From Octopus sinensis (Eukaryota), in NCBI RefSeq assembly GCF_006345805.1, contig NC_043007.1, positions 13,578,001-13,642,000 of the forward strand: DNA of 64,000 nucleotides. Reading direction: 5' to 3'. Positions 38,596 through 51,920 of the stretch are shown piece by piece. The translations under genes were made by a program, and so were the position numbers. Within the stretch, counting starts at the first letter, position 1. The number at the start of each line of letters is the position of its first letter. The notes beneath the pieces are model-generated. The model saw nothing but the letters and a program-made list of their open reading frames with translations. It made no database searches and was not told the origin of the DNA.

Positions 38596-39490
38596 AGGCG
38601 TAGGAGTGGCTGTGTGGTACGTAGATTGCTTACCAGCCACATGGTTCTGGGTTCTGGGTTCAGTCCCACTTCGTGGTACCTTGGGCAAGCGTCTTCTATA
38701 GCCTCGGGCTGACCAAAGTCTTGTGAGTGGATTTGGTAGACGGAAACTGAAAGAAGTCCGTCGTATGTATATGTATGTATATAAATATATATAGTATATA
38801 TATATATATATATATATATAGGAAAAAAGCAACAAGAATGGATTAAAATCTCGGTACGATCGTTTCGTACGAGGACATCTTTAATAAGCTACAAAAAATG
38901 CAGTGAATACAGATGGCTCGTACTCGTCAGCCGAAAAAATATCAGAGAATTCCCAAACATCAAAAGGGGTAGATCTAAAAGAGGTTGTAGGATTAACTGC
39001 ATTGAAGAAATTTCGATTCATGGAGATCTGATGAAAGGTTTTAAACCTATAGAATTTATGCATGTCTACATATAGTTCATATTGGATATTTGATCAAGTT
39101 GTATGAAGAAATTACTTAATTACTCAATTACTAACCGAATATATATTATAATATATATTATATATATAGTATATATATGTTATATATATATATATTATAT
39201 ATATATGTGTGTGTGTGTGTGTGTTGTGTGTGTGTTGTGGTGTGTGTGAGTGTGTGTGTGAGTGTGTGTGTGGTGTGTGGTTTGTGTGTGTGGATCTGTT
39301 CCCCCAAATCGCTCGACAATCGATGCTGGTGTGTTTACGTCCTCGTAACTTAGATGTTCGGAAAAAGAGACCGATTGGATAAGTACCAGGCTTACAAAGA
39401 ATAAGTCCTGGGGTCGATTTTCTCGACTATAAGCGGTGCTCCAGCATGACCACAATCAAATTACTGAAACAAGTAAAAGAGTAAAAAGAA
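38596..39490 (+). mobile_element. SINE A split by ~320 bp of unrelated sequence in its central (TA)n
   Basis: 5' half at 38596-38820, insert at 38821-39140, microsatellite + 3' half at 39140-39490. Confidence 0.7.
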
Positions 39491-39499
39491 AGAGAGAGA

Positions 39500-39960
39500 G
39501 AGTATTTAGTTTTACATGTTAACACTTTTATCGCCTCCGAAGTATCATCTATTTGAAGCAATGCATCGGTCCAGCTGCATTTTCCACTGTTCAGAAATCC
39601 ATTGCCCAGAATGCACCAGCCATATCATGTTCGTCAATGTTTCGTTGAGCCTCCTCCAATATCAGTTCAGGAATTCTCTTGATGCTTTCATTCGTTCGGG
39701 ATGTCGACGATCGCCATGGATGAGGTTGGTCTTCAAGCTATATGTAACAATCCCTAAAGCTTGGAGACCTCTCGTAATCGTGTAGTTTTGCTCATGCCAG
39801 CGGCCTTTGCAAGCTGTTTGAAGCATGATAACTGTCTCGGCCGATGCTTTCCCTAGCAGAAAACAGAAATTCGCAGAAGCACGCCGTTCCTTCGTTTTAG
39901 CCATCGTAAAACTCGACGAACACGGGAGAATCACTGAAAACCAAGGACACGCCACGTTGT
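39500..39960 (-). mobile_element. Internally deleted mariner transposase relic
   Basis: MAKTKERRASANFCFLLGKASAETVIMLQTA...LEDQPHPWRSSTSRTNE; C-terminus QWKMQLDRCIASN..YFGGDK. Confidence 0.8.
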
Positions 39961-40155
39961 AATACGACTTAACACGACAACACCGATTATCTCTTAATTT
40001 TCAACAGGATTATAATTCTATCATCAAAATTTATCAGGATACAAAGGTGAGATTCGTGAAATATTCCCCTTTCTATTTTTTCACTCTAATCTTCTATACA
40101 ATCGTAAACTACACCACATGAAAGCTATTAGTAAAAAATTCGTTTACAAATATAA

Positions 40156-40531
40156 TCTTTTATTATTTGTTTCAGTCATTTGACTGTGGCCTTCATGGAG
40201 CAGCGCGTTTAGTCGAGCAAATCGACTACAGGGCTAATTCTTTGTAAGCCTTGTACTTATTCTATCAGTCTCTTTTGCCGAACCGCTAGATTACGGGGAC
40301 GTAAACACAGCAGCATCGGTTGTCAAGCGATGTTTCTGGGGACAAACACAGACACACAAACATATACGCGCACATACATATATATACATACGTCAGGCTT
40401 CTTTCAGTTTCCGTCTACCAAATCCACTCACAAGCTTTGGTCAGCCCGAGGCTATAGTAGAAGACATTCACCCCAGGAGCCACGCAGTGGGACTGAACCC
40501 AGGACAACGTGGTTGGTAAGTAGGCTACTTA
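40156..40531 (-). mobile_element. SINE A lacking its extreme 5' end
   Basis: Reverse copy abutting a LINE-tail fragment at 40532. Confidence 0.85.
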
Positions 40532-40854
40532 TGCCCCAGCATGGCCACAGCTCGTGAGCTGAAACTAGATCATATCATATCCTATATAGATGGATAGATA
40601 GATACATACATACATATACATATATTTACATATATATACACATATGCATACGCACATACACACAATTACACACACACATATATACACATGCATGGGTGTG
40701 TTACATATGTATGTACCGACATGTCTGTTACTTTTGTCTTTGAATAGTTTTACATTATTTATATATATATATACATACATGGCCCTTTCTAAACCAGGCA
40801 TTCAATATAACAAGTCAAACTTAACAGAAAGGCTCATTATTTTTGGGCTGGTTT

Positions 40855-40864
40855 ATTATTGTTG

Positions 40865-40931
<67 letters not shown>

Positions 40932-41082
40932 CATCATTATTATTATTATTATTATTATTATCATCATTATTATTATTATTATTATTATATTATCATTATT
41001 ATTATTATTATTATTAATATTATTATCATTATTGTTATCATTATTATTATTATTATTATTATTGTTGTTGTTATTATTATTA

Positions 41083-41150
<68 letters not shown>
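40855..41150. repeat. (TTA)n microsatellite
   Basis: Seen directly. Confidence 0.97.
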
Positions 41151-41152
<2 letters not shown>

Positions 41153-44104
41153 TGGGCATTTTGCATATATCGATTTCCGAATATTTCTATCTTTATATTA
41201 TGTTATACTCAATACCAGATAATTGATTTTTTTTTTCTTCTAATTTTAAATATCGATCTTCAAACTTACTCTCTTTTCGAAGTTAGGCATACACCTTCAC
41301 AGCTCTCCTCTCCCCGCACACGTGCATCTCTGCATACATACATGCATATATATTTATACATACATTACATACATTACATACATACACACATGCGCACACA
41401 CATACATACATACATACACACACATACATACATACGTACGTATGTACGTACATAGGTAACTGTGTGTTTCTGCTCAGAGACGCACCCATACACACGCGTA
41501 GACACAATCACACAGCCGTAGATTGACATTATAGAGTTTTTCTAAAAAAGTCTAAATCCTTCTTTCATTCTTTGAAATCGTTTCTCAGATTCTAGCTTAT
41601 GTAAAATCATTCCAGTATGTGGTTTTATTCTCCATCTATTTCCTGGATATCGATAAAAATGTCACTTTTTGGGGGATCGGTAAAATATCTATAAAGTTTT
41701 AAAATTCCTTTATTTCTTGTAACTTTCTCTGAATGAATTAAACTAGAAAGTAAAACGAAAAGAAAGAAAGAAAGAGAAAGAAATTCAATAATTTTTGGGG
41801 TGATATATTTTTTAATTTATGTATATTGATTAAATATTTATTTTACATTTATTGATTCGAGAACCTTTTGAAATGTTATTTTTCCCTCGTACTTTAAAAT
41901 TCATTTCTTCGAGATTTCATTAGAGATATTACAAATTCGAAAGTTTTACAACTGTTTTTCCATAATTTTACAAATTTATTTTCTTTCTCAGAAGGAATTA
42001 ATACTATTTTATTACAATTTTGGAATTCACATGAAATTGTCTTAATGCATATATTATTGTAGAATCCTGAAGCTGCCCTTCTTTAAAACTAGAATCGATG
42101 TTTCGTTTCTGTTCATTTTTACATAAAATATACATATAGAGTTGTGCGTCTGTTTTTTGTTAACTATTTTGATTCGTATTTTTCTGTTTACATTTGAAAA
42201 TTTATATTTTACAATTATATGTGGACTAATATTCATAATAAAAATTCATGATGAGGTAAATAAGTAAGAATCTGAATTTTAAATATTATTATAAGGATAT
42301 AAAAAGCAAACTTACATAGATATTTAACTTAAAATATGTAGCAGATGCGAGATTTATTACAACTGTTTTGTTTTGTTTCTTATGTAACTGTTTGTAACTG
42401 TTTTCGTTTTCTCTATGAACTTGTCTTTGAATATGTTTTTCGTTATGTAAGATAATAAATGAAACGTGTCGACATCATTAAAATAAAACATAACTAAATC
42501 TATATTTTCTTATATGAAACTTGGCTTCTTTATTTCGCAAAATAAATATACTAAATATACGAATACGAATACAGCCACACCTCTCTCCCTAAATATATGA
42601 AGATTGTTTAAAAAGCACTTATTTGAAAGAACAAAAACACTTGCAAAACTCAGCAAATTTTCTGAAAGCCAGCTGCCATTTAATGAAACATATTTACACC
42701 ATCTTTTTTTTTCTTTATGAATTATAAATAATAACAACATTATAAGTTTGTTTTTTCCGTAACCGGAGAATACTACAGGTTAATTTTCAATTATATGCGA
42801 GCTTTATAATAAACATATTTGCTTCCTTCTGATCCCTATATGTTCTTCGGTTAAAAACGTACAATACAATATATTTGATTTATTGTTCTGTGAAAAGTGC
42901 TAGTGGCATGATTCCCATGCTAATTTACACGTGTTTGTAGATACCATGCTTTATTCTATATATCACACCAAAGCTTTTACTGGTAGAAAGTTCCAACTGC
43001 AAATGCTAAATATTCCTTTTTTTTCCATAAACGTCCTTTCTGATGAACTGAAAATGTTACAAACACACACATTCAATATTTATACACCATATTATTGCAT
43101 TTGAATTTTTTGCCATCGATTCCACTGTGTCCTTAGATTATTTGATACCGTTCTGAATGTGAAAATACCATTAAAAAGCTGTTCTTCTTCTTAAATGATA
43201 TATAGGAATGGTTTCTACTTTATGACTCATTGAGATCTAAGGAATTGTATCATTATTATTTTTATTATTATTATTATTATTATTATTGCTGTTGTTGTTG
43301 TTGTTGCTATTATTATCCTTTCTCCGCAAGGTAATGCACGAAATCACCTACTCATTCAATGGAATGTTGAATTTGAATCCCAGATACCGAGCCTAACATT
43401 ATATACATATAATATATATATATATATATAAATATATTTCATCTATATGATAAAGTTACAACCAGTTGAAGCATTTTCTTTGTATATTTTCAATAAACAC
43501 TCGGATCGTTGAGGACATGTAAAGACCCTTCAGATATAGAATTTCGAAGCTTCGGCTTCAGAATATCGAATCTTTAAAAGTCACTCTCACCTGAAACAGG
43601 GAATGAGAGGACCCTACCTTTTCTTTAGACTTCTCAAGACAAGAAACATATCTCTGACTTATCAATTGGGACTTCTTTCACATCTATTGATGCAAACTAT
43701 TTTTTTTCCCTTGTCGGTAAATGCTTTTCTTTGTTTAGTGAGTGGACTTGGGCGTGTACATCGCCTTTTCTAACTTCAAATAGCCTCAGATACTGGCATC
43801 GATTGATTTTTAACAGTTCTGTTAATATCTCATTTGTGCGTTGCTTTAATATGGTTAGCCGTAGCGGAAAAATATAAATCACTTAATAAAAATTCCATGA
43901 TGACAAGAAGATTCTTTGAACACCTGCTGCAAGAAAAGCTCATAATTTCCCCATAAAAAAGTGTAGATCCCAAGGAAGGTTGAATAATCATTTCTGTACA
44001 GCTTGTCGTTAAGAGTACAATCCGCTGATGGGATTGCTCTAAATACATATCATACATATATGTGTGTATAAATATTTGTATGAATCTACGTGTATATATA
44101 TGCA

Positions 44105-44280
44105 TACGCATTTTTTTTCTCTCCTTCTTTCTGTGTTTTTTTTCTTTCTGTTGAAGAGCGTAGGCTCGAAACGTTAAAGACTTGTTTTATTTATATTTCC
44201 TGAGCGCCATACTAATACAATTGTTTGTTTGTTTCCCACCTGCCTTCGTCTTTTGTCTATTTTCATAAAGCTTCCCGTTA
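44105..44280 (+). mobile_element. Element H2 with hammerhead motif at 44143-44180
   Basis: tcttt-CTGTTGA-a-gagc-gtag-gctc-GAAACGTT-aaaga. Confidence 0.78.
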
Positions 44281-44722
44281 TATATACATATGTATGTATG
44301 TACGTATATACATATGTATATATGCATATATATACATATATGTGTGTGAGTATGTGTGTGGCCTGGAACATAAGTGAGAGCGACCTGGATATCCGCCCGG
44401 GCTATATATCCCTCTAAAATCATGTGTTTGTGTGTGTGTGTGTGTGTGTGAGTGTGTGTGTGTGTGTGGTGTGTGTGTGTGTGTGTGTGTGTGCGTTCGT
44501 GTGTGTGTGTGTGTTTGTCACATAATTCAACTGCTAAAGGCAAATACACTGCAGTTACCGTGCAGTCATCGACAAGAGTTAATAAACTCGAAGCTTCGAT
44601 GTCTGAGATTCCCGAGATATGCCGACACCTTTTTGCCATAAGTTGAAATATGTGATAAACATATTTTAACTAACCTAAATTATGATTGTGAGCACAGCTT
44701 TGCGCCATTACACCGATATGTA

Positions 44723-44760
<38 letters not shown>

Positions 44761-44938
44761 TGTATATATATAATATATCTATAATATATATATATATATA
44801 TATATAATAGATAGATAGATAGACAGATAGATAGATAGATAGATAGATATACAGATAGATAGATAGATAGATAGGTAAACAAACTCACAGACAGACAGAT
44901 ATATATATAATATATATCACATATATATATATATATGC

Positions 44939-44969
<31 letters not shown>

Positions 44970-45112
44970 ATATATCTATGTGTGTGTTATATATATATGT
45001 ATATAGATTGATAGATAGACAGAAGATAGATAGGTAGATAGATAGATAGGTAAACAGATTAACAGACAGACAGATATATATATATGTAGATAGATAGATA
45101 GATAGATAGATA

Positions 45113-45326
45113 AGTTTCTTTATTGGCCACACATGGCTGCACACAGATGGGACAAGTTACAAGGTAGAGCTTTTCTTTTGGGGGATGAAGAGAAAAAAAA
45201 CAAAAGAAAAAAAAAGGGGGGTGGCGTAGGTTTTCGATCAAGAGGGATCGTAAAAGGGTAGAAAAGAACAAAAACAAAAAAAATTGAATAAAATAAAAAG
45301 AATAAAAAGAAAAAAAAGAAAAGGAA

Positions 45327-45330
<4 letters not shown>
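45113..45330 (-). mobile_element. Tx1-like LINE 3' UTR fragment in (AGAT)n
   Basis: Homologous to 26033-26220 and flanked by (AGAT)n on both sides. Confidence 0.8.
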
Positions 45331-45418
<88 letters not shown>

Positions 45419-46171
45419 CAGATAGATGGCCGCTGAGTCTTTCATTTCGGTGGTCTTGAAATGCTTGAATAATTATCAGCTTTCTGTTACTTGTGTAACA
45501 ACCCCAGTCCTGCATCGAGTGACAGAATCTCACCAAAGGTGGAGTGTTCCTTTTGACTGGCACCAGCGAAAAGCCCATTGGTAGAATTTTAACACATCAA
45601 TCCGGCTTATATTTTACCCCAGTACTAATTTTAAGGACATTGTGAACGGCTTTGTTGCTGTTTTATTCAGATGAAAGCAATGTCATAGTTCTGACCTGTA
45701 GGCATAGAAACAGAAATACACACAAGCATTTGTGTACATCTACGTCCGAGAATGTGCGTTTCAATGTGTGCCCGTGTGTACAGATATAAACGTACATGGT
45801 GTAGAGTAACGGAAAATTTCATCGACGTGTTATCTTTGAAATGAGAGGTTGCCGAAGTAGCCAGTTAAAGAAATGGACCCAAATACATATTTTCACTTAT
45901 GTTTGTAAAATATGGTTGTTATTCTAAAGACCCCTTTGGTGAAGCGCCATTAACGCGAAGTAAGGATACCAACACTGGTTGTCGAGTAGGTGAAGGACAA
46001 GTACATATATACGCATATATAAATGCATATATGTGTGAATGAGTGTGTGCAAGTACGTGGTTTCTGTAACAACTTCACTACAAGGCACATGAAAGTTTTT
46101 CTTATAGCCCCAGCGCCAGCTAATGCTTTTTCACTACGTCTGGTAGACGGAAATTGTGAAGAAGCCCGATG

Positions 46172-46214
<43 letters not shown>

Positions 46215-46877
46215 GCATGTGTGCATGTCTGTCTGTATGTATATATCTCTCCTTCTTCTCCCTCTCTTTGTCTCTATCTCTCTCTCTCTTCTCCCTCTCT
46301 TTCTCTCTCTTTTCTCCCCCTCTCTCTCTCTCTTACCCCTTTTTTTCTCTCCCACTCTTTCATTCACAAACTGACCCCCCACACACACAAACACATATGT
46401 GTACGCATGCATGTATATATCCACGTTTGTTTGCATATGCTCTTCAAATGTTAATTATTTTCATATTCCGTTTAGATATACGATAAAATACCATATACGC
46501 ACATATTACTTTGCCCTCTAACCATAGCTTGGAATTAGTCTTAAGAAATGGTATTTACTAACCCTGGCAGAAATAGTTATATGAATTCGTTCCGATCACA
46601 ATCTACTTTCTTAAAAGCGGGACACATTGGATAGCTTATTTCTCAATAGACAGTACCGATAAAAAGAATCTGTGAAGCTCATGGCCGGAGCATCTTTGGC
46701 TATACTAGTTCCATCACGTCCATTATAAAACTAATCAACACTGGTTGCATCAATATCATCACACAGTTTCCGTATGACATATGATAACTATTACTATATA
46801 TTGTTCTTCTAAATTATTATAATACGTCCAAGATTATCCCTCTTGTTCTCTTTGTCATGCTAACTTCAGGGGTTTTT

Positions 46878-47290
46878 TTTTCTCTAGTTTCCGCTCAGAG
46901 CTGTGGCCATGCTGATGCACCGCCGTTTTGTGCTACACTTTTATTACTAAGAGCCTCCTCTAATATGTGGCACTTGGTGAAGCATGGAGTTTGATATAGC
47001 TACCCTCATTTGCACCTCTTGCCGTGAGGTAGGTTCATCTGGGACTCTCGACAGGAAGAGGTCCAGCTTTGATTTTAAAATAAACCCCACATCTACTTTG
47101 TGCAAGTTCCTCAGACTCTTTGAGAGAATGTTAAAAAGCTGTGGGCTCTTGAAACCCAGGTTGTTGCAGTAACTGGTCCTGAAGCGTGATGGCATTGCTG
47201 GGACATTTGGCACTATGCAGTGTCGTCCCGTTATGGCATTAGTGTAGCTTTCAATGCCAAAATTTGGCACAATTCCTTCCAGGATCCTAA
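46878..47290 (-). mobile_element. CR1/L2-like LINE 3' fragment with 3' UTR
   Basis: ORF 46947-47270: RHCIVP...PQLFNILSKSLRNL...LDLFLSRVPDEPT. Confidence 0.85.
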
Positions 47291-47516
47291 ATTATTTCGA
47301 AATACTAAGAAAAGGAAAAAAAAGCATCTTCTTATGACAGATGATAGATTGAACACACGGTGATATAGAATAAATCAAACAAGAAATTAATTTAACTTGC
47401 CAGATAAAGCAAATCCATAAGTGACATGAGACAAGAATGTTTCATTGTAAATAGATTGTATTTGATATCCTATAATTCCTATTTGAAAAATAATATATAT
47501 ATATATATATTATATA

Positions 47517-47576
<60 letters not shown>

Positions 47577-47699
47577 TAGTATAAAAGACGTGTGTATCTT
47601 CGTGTTTTCAGTTTAACAATGAAGAATCTGAGGCTACTAACATGTTATTTTTTTTTAATTCTTATATTTTTTTATTTTTATTTTTATTAAATTTTAGTC

Positions 47700-48540
47700 T
47701 ATATTAACTGATGGAACTTTAATTTTTACAATTCTATATTCCACCCCATCCCCGCCCATTAACTCAGTTTTATCTTTGATTATTTCTTTAATGTTATTTT
47801 TTTCCCCTTTTCTTCATCTTCTAACACCATTAATTCTCTTCTTACTCATATTTCTAGATTTCTTCTCAATTTTCTCTTGTTGCCTTTTATTTCACAGTTT
47901 CTACTTTAGCTATTCATATCTTTTCTCACCCACCAACACACCTGCTCTAAGATCTGCTCACTCATTTCCCATTTACTCTCAGGCCTATTGGTTATTTCTT
48001 ATAAGCTTCTATCTCCATTTTTACCATATTCCTTCTATTCTTCCATTTTTCTTTCTTTTTTTTTTTTTACGTCAATTACATCTCGCAGAAAACTTCAATT
48101 CCTTATAGCTATTTTACTCACATCTTTTCATCTTGATTTTTCTTTTATGCAATTATTTATTTTAATATTTCATACATCCCCCTCCTTTTACTCTCCCCTC
48201 CTTTCCTTATCTAAGTCTACCTCTATTCAAGTCTCACTCTCTTTCTCTCCCTTTGTCGATCCTTCCTCTCATTCTTTCCTTTTGTCCGTGTCTTTTTTCA
48301 GGTTTGCTCATTTCTATATCTTTTCTCTTTCTCCACCGTCTATCTCTTTTTTTTTGTTATTTCTATCAATTTCTTCTTTCTCACTCCTCCTGTCTCTCTT
48401 CTCTCTTCTCTCTCCTCTCTCCTCTCTCCTCACCACTCCGCATTTTCTCAATCAATGTTTCTATATCTATCCCCCTAACCTCACTGGTTTTCTATTTCCT
48501 TTTATTGATTTATCAACTTACACTCTCCATGTTTCCTCAC
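47700..48540. repeat. ~800-bp polypyrimidine (CT-rich) low-complexity tract
   Basis: Seen directly. Confidence 0.85.
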
Positions 48541-49794
48541 TCCAAGTTGGAGGAAGGTGATGCGTGTCCATTGATCAGCGGATTGAGAAGAGAAAAATTC
48601 CTGCAGAAAGTGTCAGGATTCCGAGTGGAACGTGTCAAATTCAATCTTCCTTTTCCCGAATGTTTTGAACCGTTCAAAGTTTTAGGGAAAGTAGCAACAC
48701 CCGGAGGCTGTCGAATCATTTTTAGCATCACCGACTTCAAGCATCACAAACACCCACTCACTCGCTTATCAATATTTGCACCATCATTAGTGGCAGGAAA
48801 AAGCCCCCACCGTCGTCATCACTGTTACGCAGTGACTATTAACATCAGCAAGAAATGTTAAGAAGACAATAACAAATAAATAACAACAATAAAGCAAATA
48901 CAGATAGAGAAAGGAAGGTGGGGGTGATGCTGAGGATAATGAAGCGAACAAAGGTGTGAGAAGCAACAGTATGATCAGATCTGCAATTATAGTAAAGAGT
49001 TACGCTGTCGCAAGTAGCAATGAGAATGTTATAATTAGCATCTTACTGCTTTCAAAATGGCTGTAGATATAAAATATCTTTGTAAGAAAGCTAACGTAAA
49101 TCTCCATTATCGTATTTTGTTCCACCATTTTGTCGTCGTTTCAGAATAGATTCTATTAACATAATAATTAATACCATCCAAGTATGCCGACAGCATATAT
49201 GCCATCGCTGCTAACACCAATAGAATAGTATTTCGATTATGGCTTCTAAAAAGCTATTTCTAACGAAACAAAAGTAAATGTTAAAAAGAAATCCAATATA
49301 TTTTTGGTTGTATAAATATTATTAGCGTATGAAAAACTTCAGTAAACATGCACAGAACACATCGGGGCTTATTGATAACATTCGTGAACAAAGATTTTTC
49401 GAACGTTGATGAATATGGGTGGATGAAAACAAAATGGTCGATGTAGATTTAAAAAAGTGCCTTTGTATTTCCAGTAGTAAATGTAGATTTTGAAATTGAA
49501 GCAGTTATATATATATGTATATATATAAGGATAAGATCGTTAATTTAAAATAAAATAACGGTTTTATCAAGTGGCCAGCATGGAAAACATAACCTTCAAA
49601 GGTAATAATTATTAAAATTATATATTAGGGTATCTACGAGATACCGCCATGCTGAAAATAGCAGCCCTGATCTGACACTAAAACCACCTTAATTGACCAT
49701 ATCGCAAACACGGAGAGAAAACAAAGAGACAAGATAAGATGAAGCTAGTAAAAAATTACTGGATAATTCTAGATAATTTTAAATATATATATAT

Positions 49795-50032
49795 ATGATG
49801 AAATCTTTAGCGACTGAAGAAGGGGTTTTTCTTTGTGTTAATTGTCCTGTACTCTATTTTTTTGGTGTTTTTAAATAAATGTCCAGTTCCTTTGGTTTGT
49901 GTCTATGTTTCCGTTTCTCATTGTGTTCGACGTCCCTTTGGTGTCCTGTACTCATATATGCATGTATATGTACATGTAGAGGTAGGTACGTACATATATG
50001 TTTATATATATGCATATGTTTTATTTTATTTA

Positions 50033-50072
<40 letters not shown>

Positions 50073-50110
50073 TGTATGTAAGTATGTATGTATGTATAAA
50101 CGTATGTTGT
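49795..50110 (+). mobile_element. Unclassified repeat family E
   Basis: Homologous to the reverse complement of ~63520-63800 (gcgactgaaga...gtcctgtactc...gaggtagg). Confidence 0.7.
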
Positions 50111-50585
50111 GTATGCATATATATATATATATATATATATTATGTATTTATATACAAACACACACACACATACATAGTACTTCTTCCTGTTTGTTGAAAT
50201 CATTGGCATTTAATCAGCATGACACCAAATATAAAAGAAAAATTCATTCACATATTTTATGCCATGTTTATGGTAATTGTACAACAAAGACATAGAGAAG
50301 AACATCACTAACACTTTTTAGAAAAATATCCCATTTAAACATTGGTCGTCATGCATGAGATTAAGACAAGCAGCGCGAACCCCATCCGTTCTTTTCTGCT
50401 TTCTTAATTGGACTTCCATGATTGGTTGAATAAAACTTGACGATCGCTAACATCTTGTCATACCTATAAGATGAGATCATAAAGCTGATTACTATTTCTG
50501 TACTTTTAGATTTGTTGCAAAGAAACAGCATGTTTGTGAATCTAAAATTGCATTCGGTACGCAGGCCAGTCGAATATGGTTAAAC

Positions 50586-50617
<32 letters not shown>

Positions 50618-50644
50618 ATAATATATATATATATATACCAATAG

Positions 50645-50672
50645 GACCCGGCATTGCCGGGTCTTGTGCTAG
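50645..50672 (+). mobile_element. Helitron-like 3' terminus
   Basis: 8-bp hairpin gacccggc-att-gccgggtc, 5-nt spacer, CTAG at 50669-50672 followed by T. Confidence 0.6.
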
Positions 50673-51689
50673 TCAAGCATATTTGGTCTTTCATGAAAAC
50701 CCCATTCACTTGTCATTCACTTGGTCTTACTCGTTAATTATTCCCTGCATTTCTCAAATCAAAAAAGCGTGCACGTTTGAAAGCCAAAACACATGATAAC
50801 TCGCCTTTGTAAAACACACAAATGCGCTGAGTCATACAGACTGTATGCAAATGCGCATGCACATTCAACTGTCAAGGTTAAAATTATCTCTGTCCAATCA
50901 AAAATCAGCTGGCAGTCTATTGGCAAATCTTGCTGTATGCACACACCGCGTACAAATGTCTATGTTTTATAGATGTTGGATGGATATGCCAATAACTTAT
51001 GGGCATAAGGGGTCGGTTTATCGATTTTTTTAAATGGCTTTCTGAGGTGATTGGGGAAATGAAAAGATCTTCATGACCACCCTCAGACAGTTTTGAGAGC
51101 CCATAGAAACTGCGAGCCTTTTACGTGAAAACTGTGAATTCCTATAAAGGAGACGCAGAGACACGGAAACACAGACATTTTGCCGTTTATAGACATAGAG
51201 ATAATGTTCATCTTCTTTCACACCAAATGAGGTCCTAATTGCCATAGAACATCCAATGAACAATGTCGAACGTGCCATTAGTGGAGGCACTGAAAATTCT
51301 AAAGATTTTGAGTGTGTACCTGAAGAGATACTGGAGTCAAAAGAGTGTTTGAAGGACCCTGTCAAAGCTGTATCTCTGTCCCTACATCCAAAAAACTGTT
51401 TCTTGGCTCAAAACTGAAGAAAGATAATTTACTATTGTTTAAATGAGTGGCTATCAAAGTCGTATCTTTAATTTAGTAACATTATATGTACCATATATCC
51501 CGTTCTATTTTTACAGTCACGTCGATCAATTTTTTTCGCAAATTTGTCTCAAATATCGCCTTTTTATTCAGTCATCGGAAAGTACCATGAAAGCATTTCT
51601 GTTGTCCAATGGGAATTTAGAAGCTATGAATCCCAAATACCGAGTCTAAAACGAACATGGTGATATGGATATATTACATGGTGGCAGAA

Positions 51690-51920
51690 GGCGGCGAGCT
51701 GGCAGAAACGTTAGCACGCCGGGCGAAATGCGTAGCCGTATTTCGTCTGTCGTTACGTTCCGAGTTCAAATTCCGCCGAGGTCGACTTTGCCTTTCATCC
51801 TTTCGAGGTCGATAAATAAAGTACCAGTTACGCACTGGGGTCGATGTAAACGACTTAATCCGTTTGTCTGTCCTTGTTTGTCCCCTCTATGTTTAGCCCC
51901 TTGTGGGCAATAAAGAAATA
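51690..51920 (+). mobile_element. SINE B, 12-bp TSD TATTACATGGTG
   Basis: TSD at 51672-51683 and 51923-51934. Confidence 0.9.
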
